64,000 nucleotides of DNA from the NCBI GenBank assembly GCA_019113195.1, contig DXHW01000042.1, positions 7,750 through 71,749 of the forward strand, in the 5' to 3' direction. A program made the position numbers and the translations under genes. The DNA comes from Candidatus Parasutterella gallistercoris (GTDB lineage Bacteria > Pseudomonadota > Gammaproteobacteria > Burkholderiales > Burkholderiaceae_F). The stretch's first letter is position 1. Each line of letters begins with the position of its first letter. The notes under the pieces were generated by a model, which saw only the letters and a list, made by a program, of their open reading frames with translations, ran no database searches and was not told where the DNA came from. Below, piece after piece: positions 20,357 to 30,307 of this stretch.

Positions 20357-20922
20357 TGCGAATTTTTCCTAACGGCTGGTGTGACGAAGCAGCAATTCGG
20401 CCTTCCGAGCATTTCAACGAACGACCGGAAGGCGAGGAGATTTCTCTTCTGGTGATACACAACATCAGTTTGCCTGCCGGTCAGTTCGGAACCGGGGACG
20501 TAGACGCGCTTTTCTGCGGGACGCTTGACTGCTGCAAGCATCCGTCCTACCAAGATTTAGAAGGGCTGCGTGTTTCTTCGCACTTCTTTATTGACCGAAT
20601 CGGACGCTTGTTCCAGTACGTTTCCTGTTTGGACCGGGCCTGGCACGCCGGCGTTTCCTCTTTCGAGGGCCGTGAGAACTGCAACGATTTCTCGATTGGC
20701 GTGGAGCTCGAAGGCACGGATTCGATGCCCTACGAGCGAGTGCAGTATGAAACGCTCGCGCGACTCACTGACGCGCTTGCCGAAGCCTATCCCATCAAAT
20801 ATGTCACGGGTCATTCCATGATCGCGCCGCTTCGCAAGACGGATCCGGGCCCCGCTTTCGACTGGCTTATGTATGAGAGTCTCTGCAAGACCGGTAAGCC
20901 GTTGTGTTTTCCTTACGTCTAA
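20356..20922 (+). CDS. ampD: 1,6-anhydro-N-acetylmuramyl-L-alanine amidase AmpD
   Basis: LVIHNISLP, VSSHF, RAWHAG, NDFSIGVELEG and RKTDPGP motifs; ATG at 20356. Confidence 0.95.
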   Translation: MRIFPNGWCDEAAIRPSEHFNERPEGEEISLLVIHNISLPAGQFGTGDVDALFCGTLDCCKHPSYQDLEGLRVSSHFFIDRIGRLFQYVSCLDRAWHAGVSSFEGRENCNDFSIGVELEGTDSMPYERVQYETLARLTDALAEAYPIKYVTGHSMIAPLRKTDPGPAFDWLMYESLCKTGKPLCFPYV

Positions 20923-21013
20923 TTGAGCGGTCCAGGCCAAAATTCTGCATTGTTGGCCGCCGCCTCATTTAGAATGACTAACAACAAAACAAGTAAAACG
21001 AGAGGATCAGAAA

Positions 21014-21544
21014 GTGTCCGCGATTTTTTTATTAACTCTTAGACTTCTCTGCACGGTTTTCGCGTGCCTGCTCTTATTAAGAGCTTATTTAAAGTTTTTG
21101 CGTGCTCCCGGAAACGATCCGATCACTTCTTTTGCCTATACCACGACGCAGTGGGCTGTCGGTTCTGTCTCTAGATTTATCCCGAGAACACCGACTACTG
21201 ACTGGCCTTCCATTTTTGTCTGCTATTTAGTCGCCGTTATCTATCAGTTTTTCCACTGGCTGATGGGATCCGGTGCCGGCGGATTCTTTCCGTTCTTCTT
21301 GGGCTCTGCTGTGCTTGTGGTTTACTGGGCGATTGAGCTTGCAATGTTTGCCGCTTTGCTTTTCTGCATTCTTTCTTGGGTAAACCAAACAAGCGCTCTT
21401 TACCGTACGCTGAGTTATCTCTGCTATCCCTTCCTGGCTCCGATTAAGAAATTTATTCCGGTCTGGAAGAACATTGATTTTTCTGCGATCGTCTTCTTCT
21501 TGGTTGCCAATATTGTTTTAGCGCTGCTCGCACCGCTGACATAA
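21014..21544 (+). CDS. YggT family membrane protein
   Basis: Two YGGT-like repeats (ILSWV...P.L.PI....P....IDFS). Confidence 0.8.
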   Translation: MSAIFLLTLRLLCTVFACLLLLRAYLKFLRAPGNDPITSFAYTTTQWAVGSVSRFIPRTPTTDWPSIFVCYLVAVIYQFFHWLMGSGAGGFFPFFLGSAVLVVYWAIELAMFAALLFCILSWVNQTSALYRTLSYLCYPFLAPIKKFIPVWKNIDFSAIVFFLVANIVLALLAPLT

Positions 21545-21603
21545 CTCCTTTGATGCTCTGCCTGCTGCTTGATTTTCCACGGCGGCAGACGCAAATAAAA
21601 GCT

Positions 21604-21648
21604 AAATTCCCGCTCAGATTAAATAAGGCTCGGCGGGAATTTTGTTTT
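21604..21648 (+). terminator. Probable intrinsic terminator
   Basis: AAATTCCCGC / GCGGGAATTT inverted repeat followed by a T-rich tract. Confidence 0.55.
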
Positions 21649-21842
21649 GGATGGACTCGGGGAGGGGCGCTATTCTAAAAAGCATCTCTAGTGGCTCTAA
21701 GATGGACCGAAAGAGCTTTAAAGATAAAACAACGGGTTGCAGTTGCCTTTTAATTGATAAGTTGGAGATGCTGAATCGGGATATTCTCAGCCAGGAATAG
21801 TCTGACAGAAGGCTCAGTGTTTCTAAACAAGCCTAAACGAAA

Positions 21843-21869
21843 CGGCCTTCGCTTTTTGGGCGAAGGCCG
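21843..21869 (-). terminator. Probable cstA terminator
   Basis: CGGCCTTCGC-N7-GCGAAGGCCG perfect 10-bp stem. Confidence 0.7.
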
Positions 21870-21896
21870 AAACTTCACGAGTGAGTAACTACTGAC

Positions 21897-23561
21897 TTAC
21901 TCTTGATTTTGAGCTTGAAGGTTGTTGGGGATCTGCCCCTTGTCATTGCTGAAGACTCGGTAGGCTTCAATGAACAGGGCGGCAGACAGAACAGCCAGAC
22001 CGGCAGAGATGCCGACGATCAGCCAGTTCTTGCCAAGGTTGGCATAAATGAGCTGACCAAGAGAGCAGAAAGTAACGGCAAACATGAAGTACATCGGAAT
22101 CGTGACCATGAATGTCTTTCTGTTTTCTTTTCTGAGCCAAGCAGCGATAGCGAGCAGAGACAGAGCGGCAAGCATCTGGTTGGCGGTACCGAAAATCGGC
22201 CAAATCGTGAGGTAAGAACCGATAGACATGTACCAGGCCAGAGCGATCGTGATCGCAGTTGCGACGTAACGGTTGCCGAGGAAAGCAGCAATAGGCTGTT
22301 CCTTGCCGCCATTGCGGCTTTCGACAGGACGTGTAACCAGCTCTTGGAAGATGAATCGTCCGAGGCGGGTTGCGGTGTCCAGCGTAGTAAGTGCAAAGGC
22401 GGAAATCGTCAAAGCAACGAACTCTTTAGACAGGTTGAAATCAAGACCCAGCGCGGTCATGAAGGTTGCGGTGCCTTGAGAGAAGGCATTGACCGGGCCG
22501 CCGGCTTTCAGGAGAGCAGGCAGTTTGTCAGCGGCAACGTAAGCAACGGAAATGATGGCGCAGATTGCCAGGAGGCCTTCAATTAGCATGGAGCCGTACC
22601 CGATGAGCTTGGCGTTCTTTTCGTTGTCGAGCTGCTTGGAGCTGGTGCCGGAGCTGACTAAAGAATGGAAACCGGAAATGGCACCGCAGGCGACGGTAAC
22701 GAATAGAACCGGGAAGAGCCACTGGCCCCCTCCGAGATCAAAGCCTACGAACGGAGAAATCTCCATGGTTGGCTGATAGAAGCAAATGCCGAGGAAGGCG
22801 GCAATGATCATCAGATAGAGCAGGAAGGAGTTCAGGTAGTCGCGAGGCTGCAAGAGAATCCAAACCGGTGCGATGGAAGCAACAAAGATGTAGCCCATCA
22901 TAATCAGGAGCCACATATCCTTAGAGAGGACGATCGGGAAAATATGGCCGATGTAGAAAGCGGCAGCCATACCGATGAGGCCCAGAACCGTACCGAGGAA
23001 AAGAGACATGCCGGTACGATAGACGAGCAGGCCGAAAGCGACAGCGAGCAGAATGAAGAGCAGGGAGGATGTGCCGGCGCCGGGGTTGGCTACGAAAGTA
23101 GCAGCAACGATGTTGGCGAAGGCGGCAATCACAACCAGCAAGGTAATCCAAGCAAAGATGGCGAAGAGAATCTTGGCTTTTTCTCCGATGTTGGCTTCGA
23201 TAATTTGGCCGATACTCTTGCCTTTATGGCGCAAAGAAGCCACCAAAGAACCGTAGTCATGTACGCCGCCGAAGAAGACGCTGCCGACAATAATCCACAG
23301 TGTGACGGGAACCCAACCGAAGACAGCAGCCGTAATCGGACCGACAATCGGGCCGGCGCCTGCAATTGAAGAGAAGTGGTGTCCGAGGAGAACAGCCGGT
23401 TTTGTCGGAAGGTAGTCAATGCCGTCCTTCTGAGTTTCTGCCGGTGTTTTGCGCGTTGGGTCGATGCCCCATTGCTTGGCAAGCCAGGAGCCATAAACGA
23501 CATAGGCGATCAGAAAGATGACCGCTGAGCCGATAAGTAAGGTAAAACCGTTCATTTCCAT
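21897..23561 (-). CDS. cstA: Carbon starvation protein A family transporter
   Basis: GHHFSSIAGAGPIVGP, LLQPRDY, ACGAISGFHSL and WPIFGTANQ motifs. Confidence 0.92.
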   Translation of the reverse strand: MEMNGFTLLIGSAVIFLIAYVVYGSWLAKQWGIDPTRKTPAETQKDGIDYLPTKPAVLLGHHFSSIAGAGPIVGPITAAVFGWVPVTLWIIVGSVFFGGVHDYGSLVASLRHKGKSIGQIIEANIGEKAKILFAIFAWITLLVVIAAFANIVAATFVANPGAGTSSLLFILLAVAFGLLVYRTGMSLFLGTVLGLIGMAAAFYIGHIFPIVLSKDMWLLIMMGYIFVASIAPVWILLQPRDYLNSFLLYLMIIAAFLGICFYQPTMEISPFVGFDLGGGQWLFPVLFVTVACGAISGFHSLVSSGTSSKQLDNEKNAKLIGYGSMLIEGLLAICAIISVAYVAADKLPALLKAGGPVNAFSQGTATFMTALGLDFNLSKEFVALTISAFALTTLDTATRLGRFIFQELVTRPVESRNGGKEQPIAAFLGNRYVATAITIALAWYMSIGSYLTIWPIFGTANQMLAALSLLAIAAWLRKENRKTFMVTIPMYFMFAVTFCSLGQLIYANLGKNWLIVGISAGLAVLSAALFIEAYRVFSNDKGQIPNNLQAQNQE

Positions 23562-23594
23562 TCCTAGGTGTTTGAGATAAATTAAATAAAGCTT

Positions 23595-24104
23595 TTAGTC
23601 AGACTTCTTTGGGAATCCGAAGTTTCTAACAGTCCTTTTGCCGAACGAATTGGAATAAACCTTTTCGTTTTTAAGATCGACCAAAATGAAGGCTAGATCG
23701 GCCCAACCGCGAAGAGAGAACCAAAAGTCTTTATGAAACTTTTTGGCAGACGCCGTCTCAACAATCTTCGGGTCAATTTCCTCCTCGGAAATCAACGCCG
23801 CAGTGAAAATTGAGGACATATGCTTTTCGTCCGTCGGTAGTTCCGAAATCAGTCTTTTGAACTGTTCGAAAACGGCTTCGATGTCTGTTTTCTTGATTTT
23901 GTCAGTACAGCCATAAAGCCCGACATACTCGTCATTGTTCACTGTGTATAACGAGATGCTTTTAGAGAGGAAGTACTTTTCCGAAGTTCGATTGTGTACT
24001 GCCCAAAGCGCCGGCTGAGGATTGAGTCCTTGAGGCGTTTCTTTGAAATCGAAAGCTGCGGTGAGTCGATTCCTCATCAAAGTTAAATATTCAGATGTAT
24101 TCAT
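23595..24104 (-). CDS. Conserved-looking hypothetical protein
   Basis: 169-aa ORF, 33 bp upstream of cstA on the same strand; HMSS and F.F..RGW motifs. Confidence 0.75.
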   Translation of the reverse strand: MNTSEYLTLMRNRLTAAFDFKETPQGLNPQPALWAVHNRTSEKYFLSKSISLYTVNNDEYVGLYGCTDKIKKTDIEAVFEQFKRLISELPTDEKHMSSIFTAALISEEEIDPKIVETASAKKFHKDFWFSLRGWADLAFILVDLKNEKVYSNSFGKRTVRNFGFPKKSD

Positions 24105-24379
24105 TGGTTATCCGTAAAAATGCCTGCGGTTCGCCGAGAACACGCGCTGAACATGAACTTATTTTAGAGAGAAAAAACAGCTGATTTTCGGAGAAGAGAC
24201 AGAAAAAACCCGATATTTAGAGGTAGGACTAATAGGTAAAGAGAGGAAATTACCCGTCACCGGAAAGGAAGAAATACGGCAGCTGCCATGCTCAATCTTG
24301 GATTTTTGCCTGAAACTCTTACCTCCAACGGGTTATAAAAGAGGTACCAATTTCTTTGCCACCTTTTAACGGACTGATT

Positions 24380-24700
24380 ATGAAACGTTTGGTTTTGATT
24401 GCCTCTCTACTTGGGTTTGCCGTATGTATGAATCCGGCTATTGCAAAAGACACTTCCGAGCATCTCACCGCTCAGCAAAATAAGATGTCTTACTGCAGCA
24501 AGGAAGCCGCAGCTAAAGATCTTCACGGCGATAAGCGTAAAGAATTCATGAAGGAATGCTTGTCTAAGAAAGTTGATGACGGGAAAAAGAAACTGACCAA
24601 ACAGCAGGAAAAAATGGTCAAGTGCAGCAAGGAGGCTAAAGAAAAAGCGCTTAAAGGCGAGCTTCGCAAGAAATTTATGTCTGATTGCCTGAAGAATTAA
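24380..24700 (+). CDS. PsiF repeat protein (secreted)
   Basis: Signal peptide plus two T.QQ.KM..C...A....L.G..RK.FM..CL repeats. Confidence 0.88.
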   Translation: MKRLVLIASLLGFAVCMNPAIAKDTSEHLTAQQNKMSYCSKEAAAKDLHGDKRKEFMKECLSKKVDDGKKKLTKQQEKMVKCSKEAKEKALKGELRKKFMSDCLKN

Positions 24701-24784
24701 TCGCAGAGGTACCGATAATTCGGCCGCGCTGGGATTGCTATTTTGATTACGAAGGTGCGGCGCCCCAATCAATTTGGGCAAAGA

Positions 24785-24812
24785 AAAAGCGCATCTTTGA
24801 CGATGCGCTTTT
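24785..24812. terminator. Bidirectional terminator between psiF-like gene and tRNA-Asn pair
   Basis: AAAAGCGCATC-N6-GATGCGCTTTT. Confidence 0.75.
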
Positions 24813-24820
24813 CAGAATTC

Positions 24821-24896
24821 TGGCTCCCCGAGTTGGACTTGAACCAACGACCTGCGGATTAACAGTCCGTCGCTCTACCGACTGAGCTATCGGGGA
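24821..24896 (-). tRNA. tRNA-Asn (GTT)
   Basis: 76-nt cloverleaf TCCCCGATAGCTCAG...CTGTTAA...GGTTCAAGTCC...GGGGAGCCA. Confidence 0.97.
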
Positions 24897-24958
24897 ATCG
24901 TGAAATTGTCGTTTTCTCTGAGGAAAACAAAACCGCTTTCGCGGCTCTAATTTTTGAT

Positions 24959-25034
24959 TGGCTCCCCGAGTTGGACTTGAACCAACGACCTGCGGATTAA
25001 CAGTCCGTCGCTCTACCGACTGAGCTATCGGGGA
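24959..25034 (-). tRNA. tRNA-Asn (GTT), identical copy
   Basis: Same 76-nt sequence with encoded CCA. Confidence 0.97.
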
Positions 25035-25048
25035 ATCAACAAGACGAG

Positions 25049-25077
25049 ACTATATACAAGTTTTTGAACTCGTGCAA
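25049..25077 (-). promoter_or_regulatory. Sigma70 promoter of tRNA-Asn pair
   Basis: TTGCAC-N17-TATAGT on the minus strand; same hexamers as the tRNA-Val promoter. Confidence 0.7.
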
Positions 25078-25168
25078 ATCAAAAACTAAATTTTTTTTCA
25101 TTCTTTTTCGTTTTTATATTGCCTCTTATTTGAACTCTTTGATTCAAAAGGAAATTTAAAAATGTAAA

Positions 25169-25193
25169 AAGGCTCCGATTTTTTCGGAGCCTT
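25169..25193 (-). terminator. Aminotransferase terminator
   Basis: AAGGCTCCGA / TCGGAGCCTT stem with an A-run on the plus-strand 5' side. Confidence 0.7.
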
Positions 25194-25217
25194 CCGTAAA
25201 AACGCGTAGTTTCGAGC

Positions 25218-26420
25218 TTAGAGCACTTCTTTAATAGCTTCTGCCGTGTATTTCACGTTGTCTTTGTTCAAAGAGGCAACGCACATACGGCCGCTCTTAA
25301 CGATGTAGACACCGAATTCGTCTTTCAGACGCTGAACTTGTTCGGGGTTCAGACCGGAGAAGGAGAACATGCCCTTCTGCTGGGTGACGAAGTCAAAGTC
25401 TTTCTTGGCGCCGAGTGCTTTGAGTTCAGCGGCCAGATCCTTGCGCATTTCCTTGATGCGTTCACGCATTTCGCTCAAGTCTTCATGCCACTGAGCCATC
25501 AGTTTCGGGTCGTTGAGAACTTGGGCAACAATCTTTGCGCCGTGAGCGGGAGGATTGGAGTAGTTGGCGCGAATCAAAGCCTTCAGTTTGCTCATGACGC
25601 GGGATGCTTCTTCCTGGTCTTTGCAGACGACGGTCAGAGCACCGATACGTTCGCCGTAAAGCGAGAAGGACTTGGAGAAAGAGCTGGAAACGAAGAAGGG
25701 GATTCCGGCGTCGGCAAATTGACGGATGGAACCGGCGTCTTCTTCAAGACCGTCACCGAAGCCCTGGTAAGCGATATCGAGGAACGGAATCAGCTTGTTC
25801 TTGACGCACACGTCAACAACCTGGGCCCATTGTTCTTGAGTCAGGTCATAGCCTGTGGGGTTGTGGCAGCAGGCGTGCAGGATCACAACGGTATTTTCTT
25901 TCAAACCGTTGAGGCTCTCAAGCATGGCAGGGAAGTCGACACCGTTGTTTTCTTTGTCATAGTACGGATACTTGCCGACCTTGAAACCGGCCTGTTCAAA
26001 AATCGCAACGTGGTTCTGCCAAGTCGGTGTGCTGACCACAGCTTCCGGATCTTTGAGAATGGCTGCAAGGAAGTCTGCGCCGACTTTAAGAGCACCGGTT
26101 CCGCCGAGAGATTGAACGGTAACGGCACGTTTTTCTTTGATGATCGGAGAATCAGCACCGAAAATCAGTTTCTGAACCCCGGAAGTGAAGGCAGGAATAC
26201 CGGAAATCGGCAGATAGGTGTGCGGTTCGCCGGCTTCAAGAATTCTCTTTTCGGCTTCGGCAACGACGCGCAGCAGAGGTACTTTGCCGTCTTCAGTGCT
26301 GTAGACGCCGATACTCAGATTAACTTTTTTGTCGCGGGGGTCGGACTTGAAAGCTTCGTTGAGGCCGAGAATAGGATCGTCGGGAGCTTGTCCGACAACA
26401 TCAAAAATGGATTTGGACAT
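25218..26420 (-). CDS. Aspartate/aromatic amino acid aminotransferase (AspC/TyrB family)
   Basis: DPILGL, HACCHNPTG, DIAYQGFG and SFSKSFSLYGERIG (PLP lysine) motifs. Confidence 0.95.
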   Translation of the reverse strand: MSKSIFDVVGQAPDDPILGLNEAFKSDPRDKKVNLSIGVYSTEDGKVPLLRVVAEAEKRILEAGEPHTYLPISGIPAFTSGVQKLIFGADSPIIKEKRAVTVQSLGGTGALKVGADFLAAILKDPEAVVSTPTWQNHVAIFEQAGFKVGKYPYYDKENNGVDFPAMLESLNGLKENTVVILHACCHNPTGYDLTQEQWAQVVDVCVKNKLIPFLDIAYQGFGDGLEEDAGSIRQFADAGIPFFVSSSFSKSFSLYGERIGALTVVCKDQEEASRVMSKLKALIRANYSNPPAHGAKIVAQVLNDPKLMAQWHEDLSEMRERIKEMRKDLAAELKALGAKKDFDFVTQQKGMFSFSGLNPEQVQRLKDEFGVYIVKSGRMCVASLNKDNVKYTAEAIKEVL

Positions 26421-26527
26421 GAGATTCTCTAGAGGTGTTAAAAAATGTCAATTACTTAGCCTAATTCAAAATTGGCGGCAAAATCGTTTTTCCAACGAAA
26501 ATATTTGGCATCTCGGAAGCTGAAATG

Positions 26528-26554
26528 AAAAAGGACTGCCGCACGGACAGTCCT
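26528..26554 (-). terminator. potE terminator
   Basis: AGGACTG / CAGTCCT stem with a U-tract on the minus strand. Confidence 0.6.
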
Positions 26555-26576
26555 CTAAAAATTCAAAGAGCTAAGA

Positions 26577-27887
26577 CTAAGTTTTATCGCTGACAAAGCG
26601 CGGAGCCAGCAGCCCCCACAGTGTCCAACCGAAGAACGTGGCAAGCGAACCGTAGAAGACTTCCGTAATGCCGGTGGAAAACAGTGCGTAGAAGCTGTAA
26701 AGCGCACCGATTAAGGCGACAAACGTATAAAGCTTTGCTTTAGAAGGCTCAACACCGGCAGCCTTCATAATGACGCTGACTGCTGCCATTGAAAGCAAAT
26801 ACGGCATGATGTTGGTGACGACGGCCAAGTCGACCAAGCGGTTGAACTGATTAAAGAGCTCCGGACTAATCGTCATGAAGCAGAAGCACGTCTGGATGGC
26901 GACAATGATGACCATGCCGAGAACCGGCGCGCCCCACCGATTAACTTTCGCAAAACACTTCGGGAAGAAACCTTCCACAGCGGATTGCTGGAACACTTTG
27001 GCGATCGTGAATTGCCAGCCCAGCGTGGAACCCGCGCAAGAAAGAATCAAAAGGAATGTCACGAACTTGCCGATCGTAGAGTTGAACATCAAGCTGAAAG
27101 TCAGTCCAAACGGCGCATTGGATTTCACCAGCTCGGTATTCGGGACGATGCCCGCGATGATGTTGGTGGATGCAATATAAATAATGGCCACGCCGATTGT
27201 GGCTCCCATCACGGCAATCGGTACGTTCTTCTGAGGATTCTCAACGGCGTCGCTGTTGGCGCAGGCACTCTCCAGCCCGAGGAAAGCCCAAAGCGTCATG
27301 GAAATAGAAGATCCGACAGCAGAGAAGAATGGATGATGGTGCGGATTCCAGGAGTCAACGTACATGGTCGGGTTGAACCAGAACCATCCGATGACACTCA
27401 GAAGAAGAACAGGAAGGACGACGCACCAAACAGCCAAAGAACTGAACTTGCCGGTAATGGACGCACCCATGAAGTTGGCGGACGTGCAGATCCAGAGGAC
27501 GACAATCGTGGAAAGACAAACATTAACAGGGGACAGGCTGATGCCCAGCAGTTCGGATCCGTAGCCGACACAAGTCAGAGCAATGGCGATATTGGCAAAG
27601 AGCAGAGAAATGCCGTAGGTGTAGTTGGCCAGAAAATTTCCGGCTTTGCCGAAGGCATACTCGGCGTAGCCGCCCATGCCCGGTCGTTTGCTGAACATTC
27701 CGCATTTGGCGAAAGCATAGGCAAGACACAAGGAGCCGAAGGCGGTGATCACCCACGAGAGAATCGAGATGGTCCCGATTTCGGCTAACTTTGTCGGCAG
27801 CATTACGATGCCGGAGCCCATCATATTAATAGCGGTCAGAAGCGTCAGTTGGGTAACCGACATCTTCTTCGGATTTTGTTCAGACAT
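26577..27887 (-). CDS. potE: Putrescine:ornithine antiporter PotE
   Basis: KMSVTQLT...NMMGSGIVMLPTKLAEIG and WAFLGLESAC motifs; downstream of speF. ATG 27887 follows GAGG. Confidence 0.92.
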   Translation of the reverse strand: MSEQNPKKMSVTQLTLLTAINMMGSGIVMLPTKLAEIGTISILSWVITAFGSLCLAYAFAKCGMFSKRPGMGGYAEYAFGKAGNFLANYTYGISLLFANIAIALTCVGYGSELLGISLSPVNVCLSTIVVLWICTSANFMGASITGKFSSLAVWCVVLPVLLLSVIGWFWFNPTMYVDSWNPHHHPFFSAVGSSISMTLWAFLGLESACANSDAVENPQKNVPIAVMGATIGVAIIYIASTNIIAGIVPNTELVKSNAPFGLTFSLMFNSTIGKFVTFLLILSCAGSTLGWQFTIAKVFQQSAVEGFFPKCFAKVNRWGAPVLGMVIIVAIQTCFCFMTISPELFNQFNRLVDLAVVTNIMPYLLSMAAVSVIMKAAGVEPSKAKLYTFVALIGALYSFYALFSTGITEVFYGSLATFFGWTLWGLLAPRFVSDKT

Positions 27888-27939
27888 AAATATCCTCTGA
27901 ATCGACAAAGACCGGAGCTAAAGCCCCGGTCCCATCGTA

Positions 27940-30135
27940 CTACTGACCTTTTGCTTTCAGGCGTTCGACAATGTCTTCTTTGAGCACGTAGCAGTAAACC
28001 TGTTTGCCGCCTCTGCCGTTGTCTTCGACGTAAACACCCTGCAGTTCGGGTGCAAAGCCCGGCATTCTGCCCATAGCTTCCTGCCAAGCCAAGAAGTATT
28101 TAAGAACCGGACCGCCCCAGACCTCTCCGGGGAAGCAGCATAAAACGCCGGGAGGATAGGGAAGTGCGCCTTCTGCGGCAACACGTCCTTCCGCATCTTC
28201 CATACGTACGAGTTCGGCTTGACCGCGCAGGAAGGCGAAATGAGCGTCCTGAGGATTGATCACGCTCTTGGGCATGTATTCGCTGCGGAACATCTGTTTC
28301 TGAATTTTTTTAATGTTCCTTTCTTTATAGAAGTCATGCATCTCTTGGCAGAGCTGGCGAATCGAATAGTCGTGGTAACGGTACTCATAATGCTTATAGA
28401 GCCCCGGAAGCACGTCTTCGAGAGGTGCGTCTTCGTCGAGATACTTTTCAAAACGGGCAATCTGACTGACGAGATGGTCCATCTTTTCTTTGTTCTCTGC
28501 GGGCGTCATAAGGAAAAGAATGGAGTTAAGGTCATTTTTCTCGGGAATGATGCCGTTTTCTCGCAGGTAATTCGCAAGAATGGTGGCAGGCACACCGAAG
28601 TCTTCGTACTCACCGGTTTCGACATTGATACCCGGTGTCGTCAGCATAAATTTGCACGGATCGACAAAATATTGGCTCTCCCCATAGCCTTCAAAAGAGT
28701 GCCATTTTTCACCGGGCACAAATTTAAAGAACTCCAGATCCTGCGAAATAAGATTCGTCGGATAAGACTTCCAGTCGGCGCCTCGTACCTTGTTAGGAAT
28801 AAACGGCTTGATGTGGTGGCAGGTATCCAGCAGCAGCTTGCGTGCATCGATAGTGGTCTTGACGCAGTCGGCCCAAAGTCTGCGGCCGGCTTCACCTTCC
28901 TGCATTTTGGCGTTGACATCCAGAGAGGCAAACAGCGGATAGAAGGGACTCGTGGAAGCGTGCATCATAAAGGCATTGTTCAGCACCTTGTGCGGAATGA
29001 AGCGGTCCTGACCTCTGATGTGGGCGTCTTTCTTATGAATCTGTGAAGACTGAGAAAAGCCGGCTTGCTGCTTGTGTACAGACTGTGTGACAAAAATGCC
29101 GGGATCTTCCGGCCCGAGTTCGAGAAGCAGCGGTGAGCAGTCGCGCATCATCGGAATGAACTGTTCATAGCCGACCCATGCGGAGTCAAACAGAATGTAA
29201 TCGCACAGATGTCCGATTTTGTCGACGACTTGTCTGGCGTTGTAAATCGTGCCGTCGTAAGTGCCGAGCTGAATGACGGCAAGACGGAACGGGCGCTTGG
29301 CGTCGGCTTTCTCGGGGCACTTTTCTCGAATGAGGTCGCGAAGATATTTCTCGTCAAAGCATTTTTCGTCAATGCCGCCGATAAAGCCGAAAGGATTGCG
29401 CGCAGTTTCGAGATAAATCGGTGTGGCGCCGGCCTGCAGCAGAGCACCGTGATTCACGGACTTATGATTGTTTCGGTCGTATAAAACTAAGTCTCCCGGT
29501 GTGAGGGCCGCATTTAAGACGACCTTATTGGAGGCAGAGGTTCCGTTGAGAACGAAATACGTCTTGTCGGCGTTATAGATTTTTGCGGCGGCTTTTTGTG
29601 CTTTGAGCGGCGCGCCTTCGTGAATCAAAAGGTCGCCCATCGCAACGTCGGCGTTGCAGAGGTCGGAACGGAAGAGTTCTTCGCCGTAGAAATCGTAGAA
29701 AGCGCGTCCGGCCGGGTGACGGCGGAAGTAAGCACCGCCCTGATGTCCAGGGCAGTCAAACTGAGATTTGCCTTTATAGACGTACTGCGCCAAAGCGCCG
29801 AAGAAAGGAGGCAGGACTTTGTCTTCGTAGCGTTTAGCCGCCTCATCGATCTGGCGCCCGAATAAGCGTCTGTCCGTCAGATTGTCGCTGATGACGCCGA
29901 CAACGTGTCCGACGAGTTCTTCCGGAGTGTTCTCTTCGTCTCGAAGGTAAAGGAAGACGGGAATGCCAAGGGCTGTTCCGTCGACTTTGTTTAGACCGCC
30001 CTTGCGGTAGTCTTCAATATCAATAACAACAGCTGAGACTTCGGTAAAGTCTGCCGTGGAGAGCTTGACAACTTCACGGTCGACCTGAAGTTTATCTTTT
30101 AATACGGCAGAGGCTGCGATCTTAAGTTTTTGCAT
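27940..30135 (-). CDS. speF: Inducible ornithine decarboxylase
   Basis: FDCPGHQGG, DSAWVGYEQF and TQSVHKQQAG (PLP lysine) motifs; operon with potE and a SpeFL-like leader. Confidence 0.92.
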   Translation of the reverse strand: MQKLKIAASAVLKDKLQVDREVVKLSTADFTEVSAVVIDIEDYRKGGLNKVDGTALGIPVFLYLRDEENTPEELVGHVVGVISDNLTDRRLFGRQIDEAAKRYEDKVLPPFFGALAQYVYKGKSQFDCPGHQGGAYFRRHPAGRAFYDFYGEELFRSDLCNADVAMGDLLIHEGAPLKAQKAAAKIYNADKTYFVLNGTSASNKVVLNAALTPGDLVLYDRNNHKSVNHGALLQAGATPIYLETARNPFGFIGGIDEKCFDEKYLRDLIREKCPEKADAKRPFRLAVIQLGTYDGTIYNARQVVDKIGHLCDYILFDSAWVGYEQFIPMMRDCSPLLLELGPEDPGIFVTQSVHKQQAGFSQSSQIHKKDAHIRGQDRFIPHKVLNNAFMMHASTSPFYPLFASLDVNAKMQEGEAGRRLWADCVKTTIDARKLLLDTCHHIKPFIPNKVRGADWKSYPTNLISQDLEFFKFVPGEKWHSFEGYGESQYFVDPCKFMLTTPGINVETGEYEDFGVPATILANYLRENGIIPEKNDLNSILFLMTPAENKEKMDHLVSQIARFEKYLDEDAPLEDVLPGLYKHYEYRYHDYSIRQLCQEMHDFYKERNIKKIQKQMFRSEYMPKSVINPQDAHFAFLRGQAELVRMEDAEGRVAAEGALPYPPGVLCCFPGEVWGGPVLKYFLAWQEAMGRMPGFAPELQGVYVEDNGRGGKQVYCYVLKEDIVERLKAKGQ

Positions 30136-30307
30136 GATTAATGTTCTCCGGACTAACTTGAATGAATCCGCAAAAAATTTAATGAATGAGAGGTCGGGCC
30201 CTTTTCTTTCAAAAACGACTTACGCAAGCTGAGGCGAGATTGCTGAAAGTTGTCTTATTGAAGATATAGAAAAGGACGAGAATGGCCGAACGGATACGGC
30301 CGAAAGA

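Noticed and set aside
21661-21840. Possible third copy of the 4.9-5.3 kb element (TAAAGATAAAA; CTAAACAAG/CTAAACGAA)
   Set aside because: Only short AT-rich matches were found, and I could not build a colinear alignment by eye.
24685-24885. 66-aa ORF ending LAPRVGLEPTTCGLTVRRSTD
   Set aside because: It is the antisense translation of tRNA-Asn.
24821-25034. tRNA-anchored genomic island or prophage at the tRNA-Asn or tRNA-Val pairs
   Set aside because: No integrase and no partial tRNA att duplication; both copies in each pair are complete genes.
25338-26432. 364-aa plus-strand ORF
   Set aside because: Antisense shadow of the aminotransferase with no recognisable motif. The same applies to 16448-17236, 26985-27788, 28219-29046, 40317-41198, 54161-54931 and 57196-58005.
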